The notes: a model not told the origin generated them from the letters alone. Counted from the first letter of the whole stretch, positions 23,851 to 37,946 are shown. The stretch: DNA of 63,169 bases, filler included, from Phoronis australis (GCA_002633005.1; 7 parts of 7 records of this genome joined end to end with filler, not necessarily neighbours in it), one strand, 5' to 3'. Made by a program: numbers and translations.

Positions 23851-24289
23851 CTATTGTGGAGTCTAGAGTACATGGATTAGTTGTGGTTATTATTTAACTG
23901 GAACATAGTGTGCTGTGGTGTATGTGAACCAGTGAAACAATAGTTACTGAGAGTGGAAATGATTAAGACTGCTGACCATCATGGAGTTCTACTGACTGAA
24001 ACTAGAACATGTGCACTATGTGAAGACAGACAGATGAATGTTGAGTCAATGAGGAATAAAGAAGACTATATATAATTCCTTATGAAGATTTGCCAAAGTC
24101 ACATCAAGGGACTGTATACTGATTTTAACATTGCAAAAGTTCTGGACGAATGGATTTTTTCTTTCATTATCTCCAACTTCAACACTAGAATTAATTTTTC
24201 CTAGTGAATTAAATGATAGTGTTTAATAAAAGTCCTCATGACCACATTTTCTCAGTTTGAATTCATTTAGGGTCAGATTTTTATGCATT

Positions 24290-26370
24290 ATACCATTTCC
24301 GTTTACCCTGGGTCCACTACTGTATCTCTAAAACCCCTTTAGAGTTGTGCGTGAAATTTTGTTGACATTTTTCTGTGTGTGGGATGGCACGAGCAATGGT
24401 CCAGGCACTGCTGTAGCCCCGAGTGTCAATTTTACATTTGCCCTGTATCTTCAAAATTCCTTGAAGGATGTTCATAAAATTTGGCAAATACTAATAGGTA
24501 ATTTGTTTGAGACAACGACACCTTCCTGTTCTTGTGTCGATTCGATATATTCTGTGCTGTTTGTACCGTTTTTGGCTTCTGCCTCTATTCGACAAACCAC
24601 CCAAAGAATCTTAAAACTGGCAGATGTGTTGTTATTGAGAAGAGCAAGATTGGTGATAATTTTCGAATGACTTTGACTACTTTAGCGCCCCTTAGTGGCA
24701 GTTTTTATGCTTCCACTTTTTATGCTCCCACATATTTATATCTGGTCGCATATTGCCGTCATCTCTGTCTATCTGGGCGTCCAGTGTCCGGCATCCGCAG
24801 CTGTATCTCCTAAACCCCTCAAGGATCTTGATGAGATATGGCATATGTGTGCCCATGAAGAAGGCCACGAATTTCGGACCTCTCCGACTAACGGTGTATC
24901 CCTAGTGGCAATTTTAGTTTTTTACGCTTACCTCTGTATCTCTGGAGGTCCTAAACGGATTTAGAATTTGGCATATAGGCATCTATTAGTGAGATGACAC
25001 TATCCTCTCGTTTTAGGATGGATTCGGCGTAGTTTGAGCCACCTAGTGGCCATTTTTATGCGCCCATATATTTATGTGTGCACCATTATGCCGTCATCTG
25101 CGTTTGTCCAGCGTCCGCTGCTCTATCTCCAAAACCCTTTGATGTTTGTTCATGAAAGTTAGCACATATATTTCTTTCATGGATGGGATGACATGAGCGA
25201 ACTTTCGGATGGTTCGGACAAACAGTATGCCCCCTAGTGGTAATTTTAGTGTTTGACGTTTTCCTTTGTATCTTCAAAAGTCCTAGTGGCAGTTGTGTTT
25301 TTATTTTTGCGCCTATGGCTGTATCTCCTAAACTGTTGGCAGGATCTTTACTAAATTTAGCTAGTGTATTTATATGACGTTGATAACGGATGAACAACGA
25401 CTTTCAGAGGGATCTGACTACCAGTGTGCCCTTAGTGGCAATTGTAGTTTTTTACGTTTACCTCTGTATCTTCAAAGGCCCTCAACATATTTTCATAAAA
25501 TTTGGCATATAGGCATCTATTAGTGAGATGACCTATCCTCCCACTTTCGGATGGATTCGGCGGAGTTTGCGACACCTAGTGGCCATTTTTACGAGTGTTT
25601 TTTGGCGTCCACTCCTCTATAAACCAAACTGCTCTAAGGATGATTGGGAAAATTGGCATGTATGTTCTTACTGTGAAGGGGACGGCTGACGATGATTTTC
25701 CAACGACTTCGAGTACTCTGGCGCCTCCTAGTGGCATATTTTGCGCACATGGCTGTATATCCTAAACCGTTTGCAGGATTTTTACTAAATTTAGCAGGTG
25801 TATTTGATGTTGATTTTCAGAAAATTTGGAATATGAGCCTCTATTGGTGAGATGATGCTATCCTCCCATTTTCGGTTGGAGTCTAGGTACTTTGTGCCAC
25901 TTACTGGCCATTTTTGCTGTTTTCGAGTCCACCCCTTAATCAACCAAACCATTCTAAGGATGTTTTTGAAAATTGGCGAAAATGTTCTCTGTGTGTAGAG
26001 GACGGTTGACGATGACGACTTCGACTACTGTGGCGCCTCATAGTGTTAGTTTTGCGCCCATAGCTGCATCTCCTAAACCCATTGCAGGATCTTTATTTAA
26101 TTTAGTAAGTGTATTTATAAGAAGCTAATGACAGATAACAACTTTCATGTGGATCCGATGAATGCTTTGCCCCCTTGAGGCAATTTCATTTTTCTCGTTT
26201 TTCTTTGTTTCTGTGAAGTTCCTTGACAGATTTTCATGAGATTTGGTAAATAGCTTTCTATTAAAGATGCAATGGAATGTTCCAGTTTTGCTCCATCTAT
26301 TGGCCATTTTTATAATACAAATAAACAACCCTAGAAGCACACCGTTGGCGGTGCATTTGTGGGCGCTTTT
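24290..26370 (-). mobile_element. Cluster of HINE-like elements and satellite arrays in reverse orientation
   Basis: Reverse-complement subunits (CTAGTGGCAATTTT); hairpin/microsatellite ends at about 24720 and 25058 suggest nested or tandem copies; 26290-26340 matches window positions 5-50 inverted. Confidence 0.7.
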
Positions 26371-27249
26371 TTGTTATATGTGGGCGCATTACTGGTATGC
26401 TGTCATCCCCATCCATCCGGTGTTAGCTGCTTTATAAATGGTTGTTGTTGACATTTTGCAGACGTGTTCCTATTAGGGATGGTCAGCATGAACGAATGTT
26501 CGGATGTATATGGCTACCACTGCACTCCCTAGTAGCACTTTAATTTACTTAGTTAAAAGGGCCTCATTACTCGACATGTCCAAGGAATTGACCTATGTGT
26601 TTCATTACACAACTACCGATGGCTCTAATTTCCTAATTTTTACTTATTTGTATTAGGTTAGCACGTTATTAACTGCTTTGATGTACTGACATCATCTGCT
26701 CTCTTTGTACTCAGGGTTTATGGTTTCTAATAAGTGATTTGCCAGATCACGAATAACGACATCAAGTCGAGGCATCATAGATACTCATAAAGATAGTCTA
26801 TGATGGCAGGAATGGCCAGCTTGGTTAATATCACCGTGTATTTGAAAATGACTGCATTTAGGCAATAACAGTACAGCAGTATCATCAGTCGTGTAATAAT
26901 TATCTGTAATGGGTTAAGTTCTGCATTGGCAAAACCATTTACAAGTATCATAAACCTCTTGATACATGCACAGATCAGCGATAATCTAGTTCAGTTACGG
27001 ATATTGTAATCCGTATTTAATAATGTCATTCCATATATCATATTCCATGCTTGAGTTACCTCTAAAACTAGAAAAGTGTTGACTTACACAACAGGCATTT
27101 TTGAATGTCAAACCACTTTCCTACTACCACAGAGCTCTTTTCACAGTTTGTGAGCAATGAATGTAAACAGGAGGGAACACTGGTAGACACAGTTAGTAGG
27201 AACCTTAGTTTTGGATTCAGAAATAGTCCCTCACTTGCATAAGGAAATA

Positions 27250-27405
27250 CCGTACTCGTGCGGGTTACCGCCCAGGGCACTTAAATTGGGAATTTAGAAA
27301 AATGGGGTGGGCGGTAAGCCAAGCATGGGTGCTTAATAATGAAAAATTGAAAATTTCAGGGTTGAGGGGTAAGCCAAGCATGGGCGGTAACGCGGATGAG
27401 TACGG
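27250..27405. mobile_element. Tc1/mariner-pogo-like MITE
   Basis: CCGTACTC..GCG.GTTACCGCCCA imperfect TIR; flanks TA and TG; internal GGTAAGCCAAGCATGGG repeat. Confidence 0.65.
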
Positions 27406-30305
27406 TGTGTCCCTATAGGTGTGCATCATACAAGAGACAGATGGGCATGAAGATAATCCAAGATATTACTCTTCACAGAGTCCATAAGTATTTTTACAGT
27501 GCACTTATAGTTTGTCATTAATTGAAATTTTGCTGCAGTTCCAAATAATAAAAATAACAGGCTTTTATACAAAAAATTGGCTATTTGACATCAGGATTTT
27601 CGTAGGGCGCACCCCATGAGTCAATAAAAACATTTTGTACTGAATAGCAAACTAATACAGGAAGGGGTTGACGAAATAATACAACTAAGTTTCTCTGAAG
27701 TCCACGAGGACTCTTCAGAAGAAAATAAAATTGGCCGGGAGTTGCAAGATCATCAAGAAAATTCTGCCAATGACTTTAGTTAGCGAGAAGAAATTAATGA
27801 GGCAAGTCTGAGTGGATATACGGGTGGAGTATAAATTTATTTCATAAAGTGAAATTTCCTTGAATCAGCATGATGAGTGAATTAGCTAAAGTGGTGAATC
27901 AAAAATCCACAATTTCTGTAGTAACAGATTTATGGTTGAACCTGTCAAAGTCATAAGTGCGGCCAAGACGTGTGTGTACGGGGCAAGAAATGCTGAGCTG
28001 TGCTATGCTGGTAGACACTTAGACAAATCGGACAATGTGATTGGGAACCTTTAAAAATTACCCTAACGTTAAGGCAGAAATTTTTGTGCTTGATACTTCA
28101 GTTTGCAACTGTAGTCCATAAGAATTCCTTTGTTCTAGAAGTAGCAGAAGAAAAGACATTTCAGATCATTTTTATTTACTACACGGTTGGGCCAGTTCAC
28201 ATAAATACCATTCACACCTGCACAGCAATGCAAACACATGAACATAACTGGTATGTTAATAATATGTTAATGACATAATAAAAGAATATAATCTAGTCAC
28301 AAACTAGTAACAATCTGCAGTAATCACACTCAAGTACAGTGTTCCAAAAAGACATACCACCTTGCAACTGCACAGGCTCCTGCAACTATATCCAAAATGT
28401 TTTCCAACATTTTTGCTAACACATAGAACGAATGTGCTTAAATAAATAAGTTTCATGTAAGTAGTTGTAGGTGTCTGTCCTTTGTGTATGCAAAGGGGGT
28501 GTTTTTGTCCACACGTTTCATTCAATAGCACCAAATCAAATACTTGTCTACATCTACCATTGTATACCACTCTTCACTCATACAATACTTAAAAAGTTTC
28601 CTTCTCCATTTCACTCAAGTGTCACATTTTGGCAGAAGCATCCAGTTCCAAACAATGGCGCAGCTTCGCATGTAGGCGTAGAGTAGTTTGACGTCTTTTT
28701 AACTCTTTCCTAAACTTGGCTTACCGGTAGTAAGTTTTATCTCTTAAAAAACTTGAATTTATATCAAGAGAATTAGAAGATATCAAAGAGTTTCAAACAA
28801 GCAGTTGCAGTAGCAATTCATTTCATGTGATATTAAAGAAAAAAAGTACATCGTTATAAAAGCCAGAAAGAATAAAACTGTACGGCTGACAGTGGCGTAG
28901 CTAAACTTTAGGCAGGAACCTAAACCCACACTTCTGTCATGCAACCAAGGTTATTTCCCTGATACCAAGCACAGGGCAAACATAACAGTTATCTGAATTT
29001 GGCTGAAACAGTTATTATCGATTCACAATTTTGTCATGTTGCAGGTCACAGTACACAGACATGGACTCGCATGTTAATACGATAACAACATTGTTTTAAG
29101 CTCTCCCAGGGCACATCTAGTACCCACTACTCCAATACAATAAACAACACCCATGTTAATAAGGAAATGATTTGAACCATGAAAAATTTACAATATAAAA
29201 AAGTTTTTGGTATTTTTCACTTTGAAACTAATGCTTTCTTCAGAAAATAATTAAATATAATTTATCTAAACAGACATAAATAGACAAAACCCCAAACACT
29301 AACAAATCCAATAACAATCAGGAACAACATAACAAAATCCGAGCATTTTATAATCAGGGGGTAGAAATAATTACATAAGCTACACTTCTCAATTTTATTT
29401 ACAATCTCCTAAACCCAAGTCCCGGGCCAGCAAACACCAAATAGGCGACGACTACAAACTTAGACCAACATCCCTCAACTCCAAACTGAAAATGTTCAGT
29501 ACTTGGTAACCGATCTCCTGTACTGGGTCTGGTGAGGAATCTGGTCCTCAGGGATTTGTACCATGGTTTGATGTTTGCTGGACTGGGGTTTAGGTGATCG
29601 AAACTAAAATTTAGAGGCACTGCCATGCAATCTTTTCAACCCCTGATAATGGAATGATAAAATGATGCTGAGAGTCTGACAAAGGGTTGAAAGGTAAAAC
29701 ACATTCATAACCTAGCAAATTTGCCACCAAAACATTATAAAACACCTCTCAAATATCTCAACATAAAAAGCAAAGACACATTTCCATCCAACATGGCACT
29801 CAAACTCAAAATCATTGATCAATGCCCAAGGGCATTTCAAAAATAAAAACGCATTAACAATGTCACTCTTTGGACGAAAAGTATGACACAAACCAAGAAG
29901 ACTGCAATATTAGTTACTTCATCTGCTCTATTACCAAACTAAAGAAAGTTCCAGGTGGTGTTTAGTAAAACTTCCTTAAATGGACTGAGATCTTATCCAA
30001 GTGATGCAATATCTGACTGATCTGAAGGCCCAAATGCATATCCGACTGAGGCAAGGTTTTACTGTACTTCAACCACAACAAGCAACATTGTATATAGTGC
30101 CGGTTAATCAGTTTTAAAGCTCTCAAAGCAAAAGCGAGCTAGTCATAACCATAGCAATCAAGAGCGCTACCAAACACCTCAGCAGCGCCACCTGAAGTTT
30201 CAAAACTAAAGGTACCTCTGCCTTGACCAGCAGGTATCCCAAGGTAAATTGCCACATGTAAGGCACAAGAAAATATTAAAGAAAACAACAACGATTTTAA
30301 GTCCA

Positions 30306-30350
30306 CTTGACATGTTTCGATGTTATTTATTCAAACACCATCATCAGAAG
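30306..30350 (-). ncRNA. Minimal type I hammerhead ribozyme motif in the Penelope 3' pseudo-LTR
   Basis: CTT-CTGATGA-T-GGTGTT(loop)AACATC-GAAAC-AT-GTC-AAG: core, stem II, palindromic stem III and 3-bp stem I. Confidence 0.75.
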
Positions 30351-30472
30351 AGAGAATGCAGTGGCCACCTAGCTAAGCCCAGCAACGAGTAGGCCTAATG
30401 AAGCACAGATATAGTCAGTTACAAGGAGTGACAATGAACTAGACTAACGACAGCCTGTGGTGTGCCAGTTGC

Positions 30473-30765
30473 CTATTGAGATTGGGCTTGCAGGAACTGA
30501 TGTAAAGCCTCACGAATTTTAAGCTCCTTTGTTGTTACTGCCTGGTCTATTATTGCAAAGTCATTGAAAGAGCACTGCTGATAACAATGATTGGAGCTCT
30601 GTAGGTGAATATTTACATGTGAGCTTCTGTCAGAGTTTAGATGTTCCTTGGTCCTGGTTTTCAAATGGTGAACAGTTTCGCCTATATAACTGGAGCCACA
30701 TATCCAGCAGAGATAAATTTGTACACTATCCTGGACCGTAGGCCAATAGGAATTTTGTCCTTAGG
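30473..30765 (-). pseudogene. Penelope GIY-YIG endonuclease remnant
   Basis: VYKF, YIGET, R.KEH and EAL motifs; frameshifted. Confidence 0.85.
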
Positions 30766-30848
30766 GTTAATTGTCACTCCTTGTAACTGACTGTATCTGT
30801 GTTTCATTACTTGTTGCTGGGCCTAGCTAGGTGGCCACTGCATTCTCT

Positions 30849-30893
30849 CTTCTGATGATGGTATTTGAATAAATGACACCGAAACATGTCAAG
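30849..30893 (+). ncRNA. Minimal hammerhead ribozyme motif, inverted copy
   Basis: CTT-CTGATGA-T-GGTATT...GACACC-GAAAC-AT-GTC-AAG; one mismatch in stem II. Confidence 0.7.
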
Positions 30894-31941
30894 TCCACTT
30901 AAAACCATTGTTGTTTTCTTTAATATATGCTGCTACTTGCTATCATGGAGATCAAAAGAAAATAGTATAAAAGGTTCTGGTCTGTTTCTTTTTGAAAATT
31001 GATGCAGGAATGCTGATTTCTAAAGTTACATAAGACACTAGAAAAGTGTCCAAATTTGGCCAACTTGGAAATATCATAACTAAAAAACAGGCGATAGGAT
31101 TCACATGAAACTTCCATGTGCTTTATGGACTGCCCTATGGACTGCTCTATGGACTGCTCTATGGACTGCTTGAGGGCAGGAATTGTATGATTTTGACGAA
31201 AAAATCTAATTGCATAAAACAAAAGTGAAATGATAATTTTGAAAATTGTGATTTGCTCTTGAGCATTTATATTAAACAAAATTTGGTGACGTTATCAACA
31301 CCCTAGTTTTGCTATCTATGTACCTTTCTTTGTAAATAAATTTTCCCAACAAAAAAGACATGGTCACCTGACGCAATTAGCTATAGATTGATAAAAAGTC
31401 AAAAATCAAATTCTAAAGGCTTTTTACTTTCAAAAAAAAATATATACCTTATACTTTTACTAAGTAGGTAATTTCAGTTAAAGGCACAAAATTTGTTGTT
31501 AAGGTTCAACATAACCTAAAGTTAGTCCATGAGACTATGTGTATTACTGGAATATTACAGATTCCCCGACATTAGGGAATCCCCGGTACGATGTTTATAG
31601 TTTTATTCTACAATGATAGAGGATGCATACGGTGGTGAATCAAGTCTGTAAGATATGGACGAAATGACTGTATACTTACCAAATCAAGGTACGGCTTTTT
31701 GGTTCCAAAAGTGATCTTTACTCAATATTTTTCTTAGTTCATATTTTCAAAACGATAAAGTCAGCTAATGCCAGCTGTAATGGGTCGAGATTGATAATTT
31801 TTTAAAGAGATGCAAGTTCAAAAACAAGATGGGTGCAGACCAGAACCAATCATGCTCTTTTGGCCAAACCCGACAACTTTTAACTCGATGATTGTAAACT
31901 GTGCAATGACTATACAAAATGGCTGCAGTCAACCAACATGG

Positions 31942-32088
31942 CTACAGTCCAGGCTGTATTGAAGCAGACAATGAGGAGAACAGGCTGGTCTTGTCCCTCT
32001 GAAGAGCAGACGGCGTGTCGTACTCAACTAGGCGGCCATCTTGAATGACCATCAAATAATCGCAGTTCATGATGGTGGAAAGGCGATG
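31942..32088 (-). CDS. ABCC8/9: SUR-like ABCC transporter, last coding exon
   Basis: HRLSTIMNCDYLMVIQDGRLVEYDTP...SLFSSL...stop; tttcag acceptor; minus-strand AATAAA at 31602-31607. Confidence 0.9.
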   Translation of the reverse strand, partial: HRLSTIMNCDYLMVIQDGRLVEYDTPSALQRDKTSLFSSLSASIQPGL

Positions 32089-32745
32089 CTGAAACAAACC
32101 ATATTGAGTTCAGTGGTACAACACGGGTTGTCATTTAATCAAGAATTCATTTTTTAAGGTCAATGATTTTTGAAGCGATATTACCTTTCTGCTCAATAAC
32201 TGAAACATAAATAATAAACGAGATTGGTCAACTACACAAACCTCCCCATACCATGATAGAAAATTTGAGGATTTGACCTGTGGCAGTGACATCATATTTC
32301 CGTCATACTCTGTTCCTTGCGTTCTGGGTGGTGAGATTTAACTTCAGCGTTATCGGATGGTGCGCACCTCAATAATATTTCGCGCAAAAGATTTGCTAAG
32401 CTATGAAATTATCAAACGCATTTTGAGGTTTGCTGTCAATCTTTTATTTTCGTATGAAGGCTGCTTAGTCACACTCACAGCAAACAGCCCACTGTATTCA
32501 AGCGACAAGTGTCATTTTACGCCAAATTGTTTAGACGTCGCCAAGTCCTCTGTGATCTCATCGGATGTTTATGCACTTACAAAACGTCCCCCCAATGCAT
32601 TCGAAAAATGATAGAAGAGCTGTAGACGAAATCCGCCAAAATTAAGTATACTCACATACAAATCAATTGGGAAATCGGCGCAAAAAATAGAAAGCCAGAA
32701 GTCACAGGGATGGAGTTACCATCTGTTACGTAGTGAGGTTGATTA

Positions 32746-33006
<261 letters not shown>

Positions 33007-33837
33007 TCAAATTATTACAGTTCAAGAACTACTGAGTATTACAAGAAGCAGTGATGGGCTACAAAAACTTTTACACAAGAAATTATTTCTTTTATATTTT
33101 AAAAATAAGAGTGAAATCATTATTCTTTTACCTTTGAATAAGAAGATAGAAAACCAATGCCGTTATCTTACAACTTTTATTTATAGGCAGATGGATAAAT
33201 ATTTGCAATAATAAGCAAATAAGAGTGCTCAATTCAAACCAAATTTCCTTTGTAATATTATAATTGTGTTGATGAATAATAGTACAAATTCTTGACAAAA
33301 ACCCTCTAGCCCAGCATATCAGCAGGTCTCTGGAATCTGTAGTTGTGTACATAATCAAAACTGTAGCTATATTGAGTTGTAGCGACCTTTACGAGTCAGA
33401 GTCCCTATTGAATCCGCTGCATTCAAGCTGTGACTGCTGTTGATTGATTATTTGACCTTCGGCCATCACTTGCTATGCCAGGAAAATGAGCAAGTTTGAC
33501 TCAACAAACCTGAGGCGCATTCACCCACGCTGGCGTGCGGCGAGTTTGGAGAGGTCATACTTGTGTGATACAAAATCTCACAAGTATTCCTAAAGCAGCA
33601 TTACAAACATTGTAGTCACCACCAAACTAAGACAGGATGCCTACGCAGAGTGATGAATTATAGAAGTAATGTTTACAGTCATTCCCATGGCATGCGAGAA
33701 GATATCTGGACAGAGGAATCTATCTCCCGGGTTACATACCCATCTATGGCAATCCTAAGTGCTCAAGTACAAAGTTAAAAACAATTGTTCCAAATAATGA
33801 ATATGGAGCATCAATAATCAAAGTCAAATTGATTTCA

Positions 33838-33929
33838 GAGATAGGATGTGGGGTTTGAGTTGAGAGATAGGATGTGGGGTTTGAGTTGAGAGATAGGATG
33901 TGGGGTTTGAGTTGAGAGCTAGGATGTGG
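33838..33929. repeat. 26-bp minisatellite, about 3.5 copies
   Basis: Unit GAGATAGGATGTGGGGTTTGAGTTGA immediately after the ABCC donor site. Confidence 0.95.
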
Positions 33930-33943
33930 AGCTTAAGTCTTAC

Positions 33944-34050
33944 CTAGTTGGCCTTCTAGAGAAGACACAACACCTTTCAATTGAGAGATCTCTAACGCAT
34001 GCCACAGCAAACTATCATCCTTGACACTGCCGTACGGGTCTAAGTTTGAC
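33944..34050 (-). CDS. ABCC8/9: SUR-like ABCC transporter, NBD2 exon (R)SNLDPYGSVKDDSLLWHALEISQLKGVVSSLEGQL
   Basis: NLDP...D..LW.ALE..QLK..V..L.G.L motif; tag and gtaag sites; phase joins exon 32791-32987. Confidence 0.9.
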
Positions 34051-34502
34051 CTATTAAGCAAGGAAAATAGGTCAGTGCCACATGGACAACAAATGCAAAC
34101 AAAGGCTTCCACAGGCACAGACGACACTCTATTTGAATGACCTTAACAGCGAAACATCTCACACCGAAGACAGTGAAAATCAGTGCACTGCGTACAATGC
34201 ATCTTTGAAAGGTGAAGAATAGAATGTATTATGAAATCGACATGGAAAGCTGTATAAATAAATACGATAACATGTGAAATGTCAACCAGAACATGAAGAC
34301 GCCAATCTGTTATGTGTCTTTGCAACAAGCCACAAGAACTTAATGTGAAGATACATTCTTGTAAGTATTTGAGTCATGTAACTTAATTTCATCTTTTGTA
34401 TCATTCAGCAGTACAAACTTCAGGGAGCTTGCAAGAACGTCGCCACTGAAAACTTTTTTACCTCAGAATGAACTTCAAGCTGTCTTTTGGGAATAAATAT
34501 TA

Positions 34503-34882
34503 CGGTAAAAATTCTTCAGTTTGGGAAGTCTCTAAATTTGGGACACCAAAATTCATGCGGGAATTGAATTTTTTTCATTCTGAAAATTGAGCATGGACGA
34601 TTTTGTCATTCATCTTATTTCTGAAATATCAAACGCTGCGCTTTGTACCAACACAGCCTGTAAATATAATTGACGGTTGATAACATTGTCAAAAATGACC
34701 ATTAACAAAACATTTTCATGAGTTCTCATAATGTATAATAATGAGGTGAATAAATGCTTGTCATGGACTGTAACTCTTGAATTTATGACAGCCGATATTG
34801 CCAATTTCTAAAATTTGGTAGAAGCTCTGACCTTGAGTAAAACGATTATTTTTCACTGCCGCAAACCGGAGAAATTTTACCG
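34503..34882. mobile_element. pogo/Tigger-like MITE
   Basis: TA-CGGTAAAA...TTTTACCG-TA; short TIR with TA duplication. Confidence 0.6.
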
Positions 34883-35995
34883 TAGGCAAATTGTTGCCCG
34901 TACACAGCATCATGGATGAAGACCCATCTAAAGTACAGAGTAAAAACAAAGATCAAAATTGAAGATTTGATATAAATTCCACTTTCATTTTACAACCATT
35001 TACCATGTCTAATCTAAAAAACGCATTTTATAGTTGGAAACCAACAACAAATGCTAATAAGCATCACTGATCAAAGGGGAGAGGCCTGGTCTCGCCTAAG
35101 ACGGTCTTAACTTCAAATTCTATTTCCACACAGCTAATTCAGGTGAATTGTGTAGGTGGTCAGTATCGAATAAGAAAAACTTTCAACTTCATGTCAGCTC
35201 AGTTGCAACGTTTTTGCTCCTCTAAAAACGTACCTTCATGTTTGCAATAAAATTACTAAACATTTCGGCTATGACTGGACGTATGATTTTTGATAAAACA
35301 TGTCCCAGCAGAATTACAAATTGAAAAAACAAAATGACCGAAATGTTGATTTTTGACGACTGGGTTTTTTGGCCTAAATACGCCTTGCTATTTTCCGAAC
35401 ACCCCATTGTACCTAGAACAACAGAGATGGAATTTTCAAGTTTCGTGTGAAATTTCTTACGTAAATGGCAGCAACGACTTACCTCACACCGAACGTGGAA
35501 ATCGCAATTTTAAAAGAAAAACACAATCACACAACTGCAAGAACCAAGGTATTATTTTCTTGTGCAAAGATTTCAGTTACCTTAAGCAATGTCATGTGAC
35601 CATGCCCTGGTGTTAAAACATTTATTTCAAAAATCACTTATAGTTATGCTGATAGACTATAATGATGTGAGATGGTGAATTTTTATAGCAGTGACAATGA
35701 ATTTCATGTCGAGCCAATGAGTGAAATATTTCTTAAACCTCAGCTTAAAACTTACTAAGTAATGTGCTACCCCTGAAGTGTAGTGAGCCATGAATCATCT
35801 AAATGATACAAGACCACTGTGTTTTGTTCGTGATTATTAATTGTGTAATTCAAAACTATTAAATTCAGCTATGTGTTAAGCATACATTGTGCTTTACAGT
35901 ATATTTCTGATTGACTGCCAGTGAGTGTTTCTCTCTTTTCTTGACCATTCCTCAGGATTAACAAAACATCACTAAGCTACACAAAAATCATTTTG

Positions 35996-36095
35996 NNNNN
36001 NNNNNNNNNNNNNNNNNNNNNNNNNNNNNNNNNNNNNNNTTAATTAATTAANNNNNNNNNNNNNNNNNNNNNNNNNNNNNNNNNNNNNNNNNNNN
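35996..36095. other. Artificial assembly spacer
   Basis: 44N-TTAATTAATTAA-44N, followed by a (TG)n microsatellite at 36096-36116. Confidence 0.98.
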
Positions 36096-37946
36096 TGTGT
36101 GTGTGTGTGTGTGTGTTTCTATGATAATTCATTTGTACAATGTTTACCTGCTGCCAGAGACATGGTACTTTTTTAATTCGGTTTCTGTGCAGTGAATATA
36201 ATCTGTAGTATTTACCTATACTCGTGAAATGTAATTTAAAAAATGAAAAAATTACCTTGTAAAAAACACAGTCCAATACTTTGTGTTGCTGACGACGTAT
36301 ATTGTACTTGCCAATTGTCCCGCTCTTGGCAGTCTATCCGACCTTTTGAATTTTTCACGCCATCTTGCCACACCTTCAAAATGTCCCGCTTTTTGATTCA
36401 CGGCGAGACTGCCACATTACCAAATACTACTTTAGTTTCCAGTGCGATATAGCACTATTTTCCAGTGCGATATAGCACTATTTTCCAGTTCGACTAAGAA
36501 GAAAAAGGGAACGTTTCGTGGGTATTTGAGGCATACGCAATTGCCGATTTGACTTATTAGCGCTTTTGTTTGTAATGACTCCCGTTCGACAAAAACGCTG
36601 TCGGGACGTTTTGTGTGTTGCGTCGAACGTTTCCTACTTGCGTTTTGGCATAGATCCAGATGTTCCGTTTTTCATCCGGAAGTCCCGCTTTTCAATCCAG
36701 TTGTCCAGATTTCTCATTCTCTAGTGTTGTCAACCACGGAACAGATGTTCATTTGTCTTTTTTGTCACGAATATTGTTATTTTCCAGAGTCCACTTTCTT
36801 TAGTAACATAACAATCGTAAAAATGTGTTCCAATCTCTCTTGTTTACGGTAACACACACTGCATGAATAAAGATCACTAATTTTTACTTTCTGAAGAAAT
36901 GTGTTTATTTACAAACTACAATGGAAAGTCCTACGTTGCAACCTATGTAATGATCTATCCACTATACATTTCAAACCTACACAATAGATGTTTGCTCATT
37001 TTTATCTACCAGAAAGTCTTTATCTGCAAATTTCGGATGGGTAGTTGGAGTAATTAGTTTATTACGTTTTTATTAATGTCACTTCATCCTGATTTTTAAT
37101 GAAGAAGTGTATCAAAGGGCACCAAAGGACCAATTACTACATAAAGAGTATAGTTTTGGATGCGTGAATAAATTCTTCACGGCATCTGAGAGAGATTCAT
37201 ATTCTAAAACATTTGTCTTGATAGGGTACAAATCGTTGAAATTATTTCCCTATTGGTTTTTTGGTCATTTGTATAACTTCTCAAGGTCATTTGTATAACT
37301 TCTCAAGGTCATGTCCTTTTTTATGCTACTATTACACCCTGTTATTTTTCGCATTTTGGTAATACTCTTGGTTTATAGAATTAAAAAAATATTTTAAACC
37401 TGTCAGATATGCGAAGTGATTATTATTTATTTATGAAATTATTTATCGTTTGCTTCTGCTATAATCATACGCCATCAAGAACTGGTTTAGGGCTTTTTAG
37501 TGATATGACTCTCAGGCAATTCGGGTGAAAAACGGAAACGATGCGAAAAGTTTTATTGATAGTAAATTCCATAGCAATAACCAATTCCGGAACAAACGAA
37601 TGCAAACAAATGTCACGCATGCGCGGCGCAAACCTCAGCAGCGTGAGACTCACTGGTTCCGTACGTGCCTACCATCCAGTGGCACGCAGGGAACCAGCGA
37701 GCAGCGTGAGATTGAAGTTGGCATTCCAGAGCTAGAGTTCAATGATAAAAACAAAAGGCAAAAGGACGTACTGCCACAACATAACAAAAAATTCTTCAAA
37801 AGGAAGCGAAATAGGTCACGACTTGAGCAGCGAAACCACTGTCAAAAAGAAACCTCATCAAGGATAAGAAATCACTGATACGACCTTTTGCTTTACGGAA
37901 AACAGGGCGACAGTTTTTTCCGTACAGTTTATTCCATTCTTAATAC

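Larger units (their letters stand above)
30273..30926 (-). mobile_element. 5'-truncated Penelope-like element: GIY-YIG remnant between inverted pseudo-LTRs
   Basis: 30273-30435 and 30770-30926 are inverted copies; between them KDKIP...VYKF...YIGET..HLKTRTKEH...LKIREAL with frameshifts. Confidence 0.88.

Noticed and set aside
29215-29245. Additional hammerhead (CTGAAGAAAGC on minus strand)
   Set aside because: GAAA core and stem pairing are missing.
34460-35510. Further upstream ABCC exon at donor-like sites near 34461 and 35482
   Set aside because: Neither encodes the expected PQDP.LF.GT.R motif; the exon is probably beyond the spacer.
37650-37731. Next SLC22 exon (tag|CT CTG GAA...)
   Set aside because: Phase fits, but the peptide ALECQLQSHAARWF lacks the expected E.VGP..R motif and hydrophobic helix.
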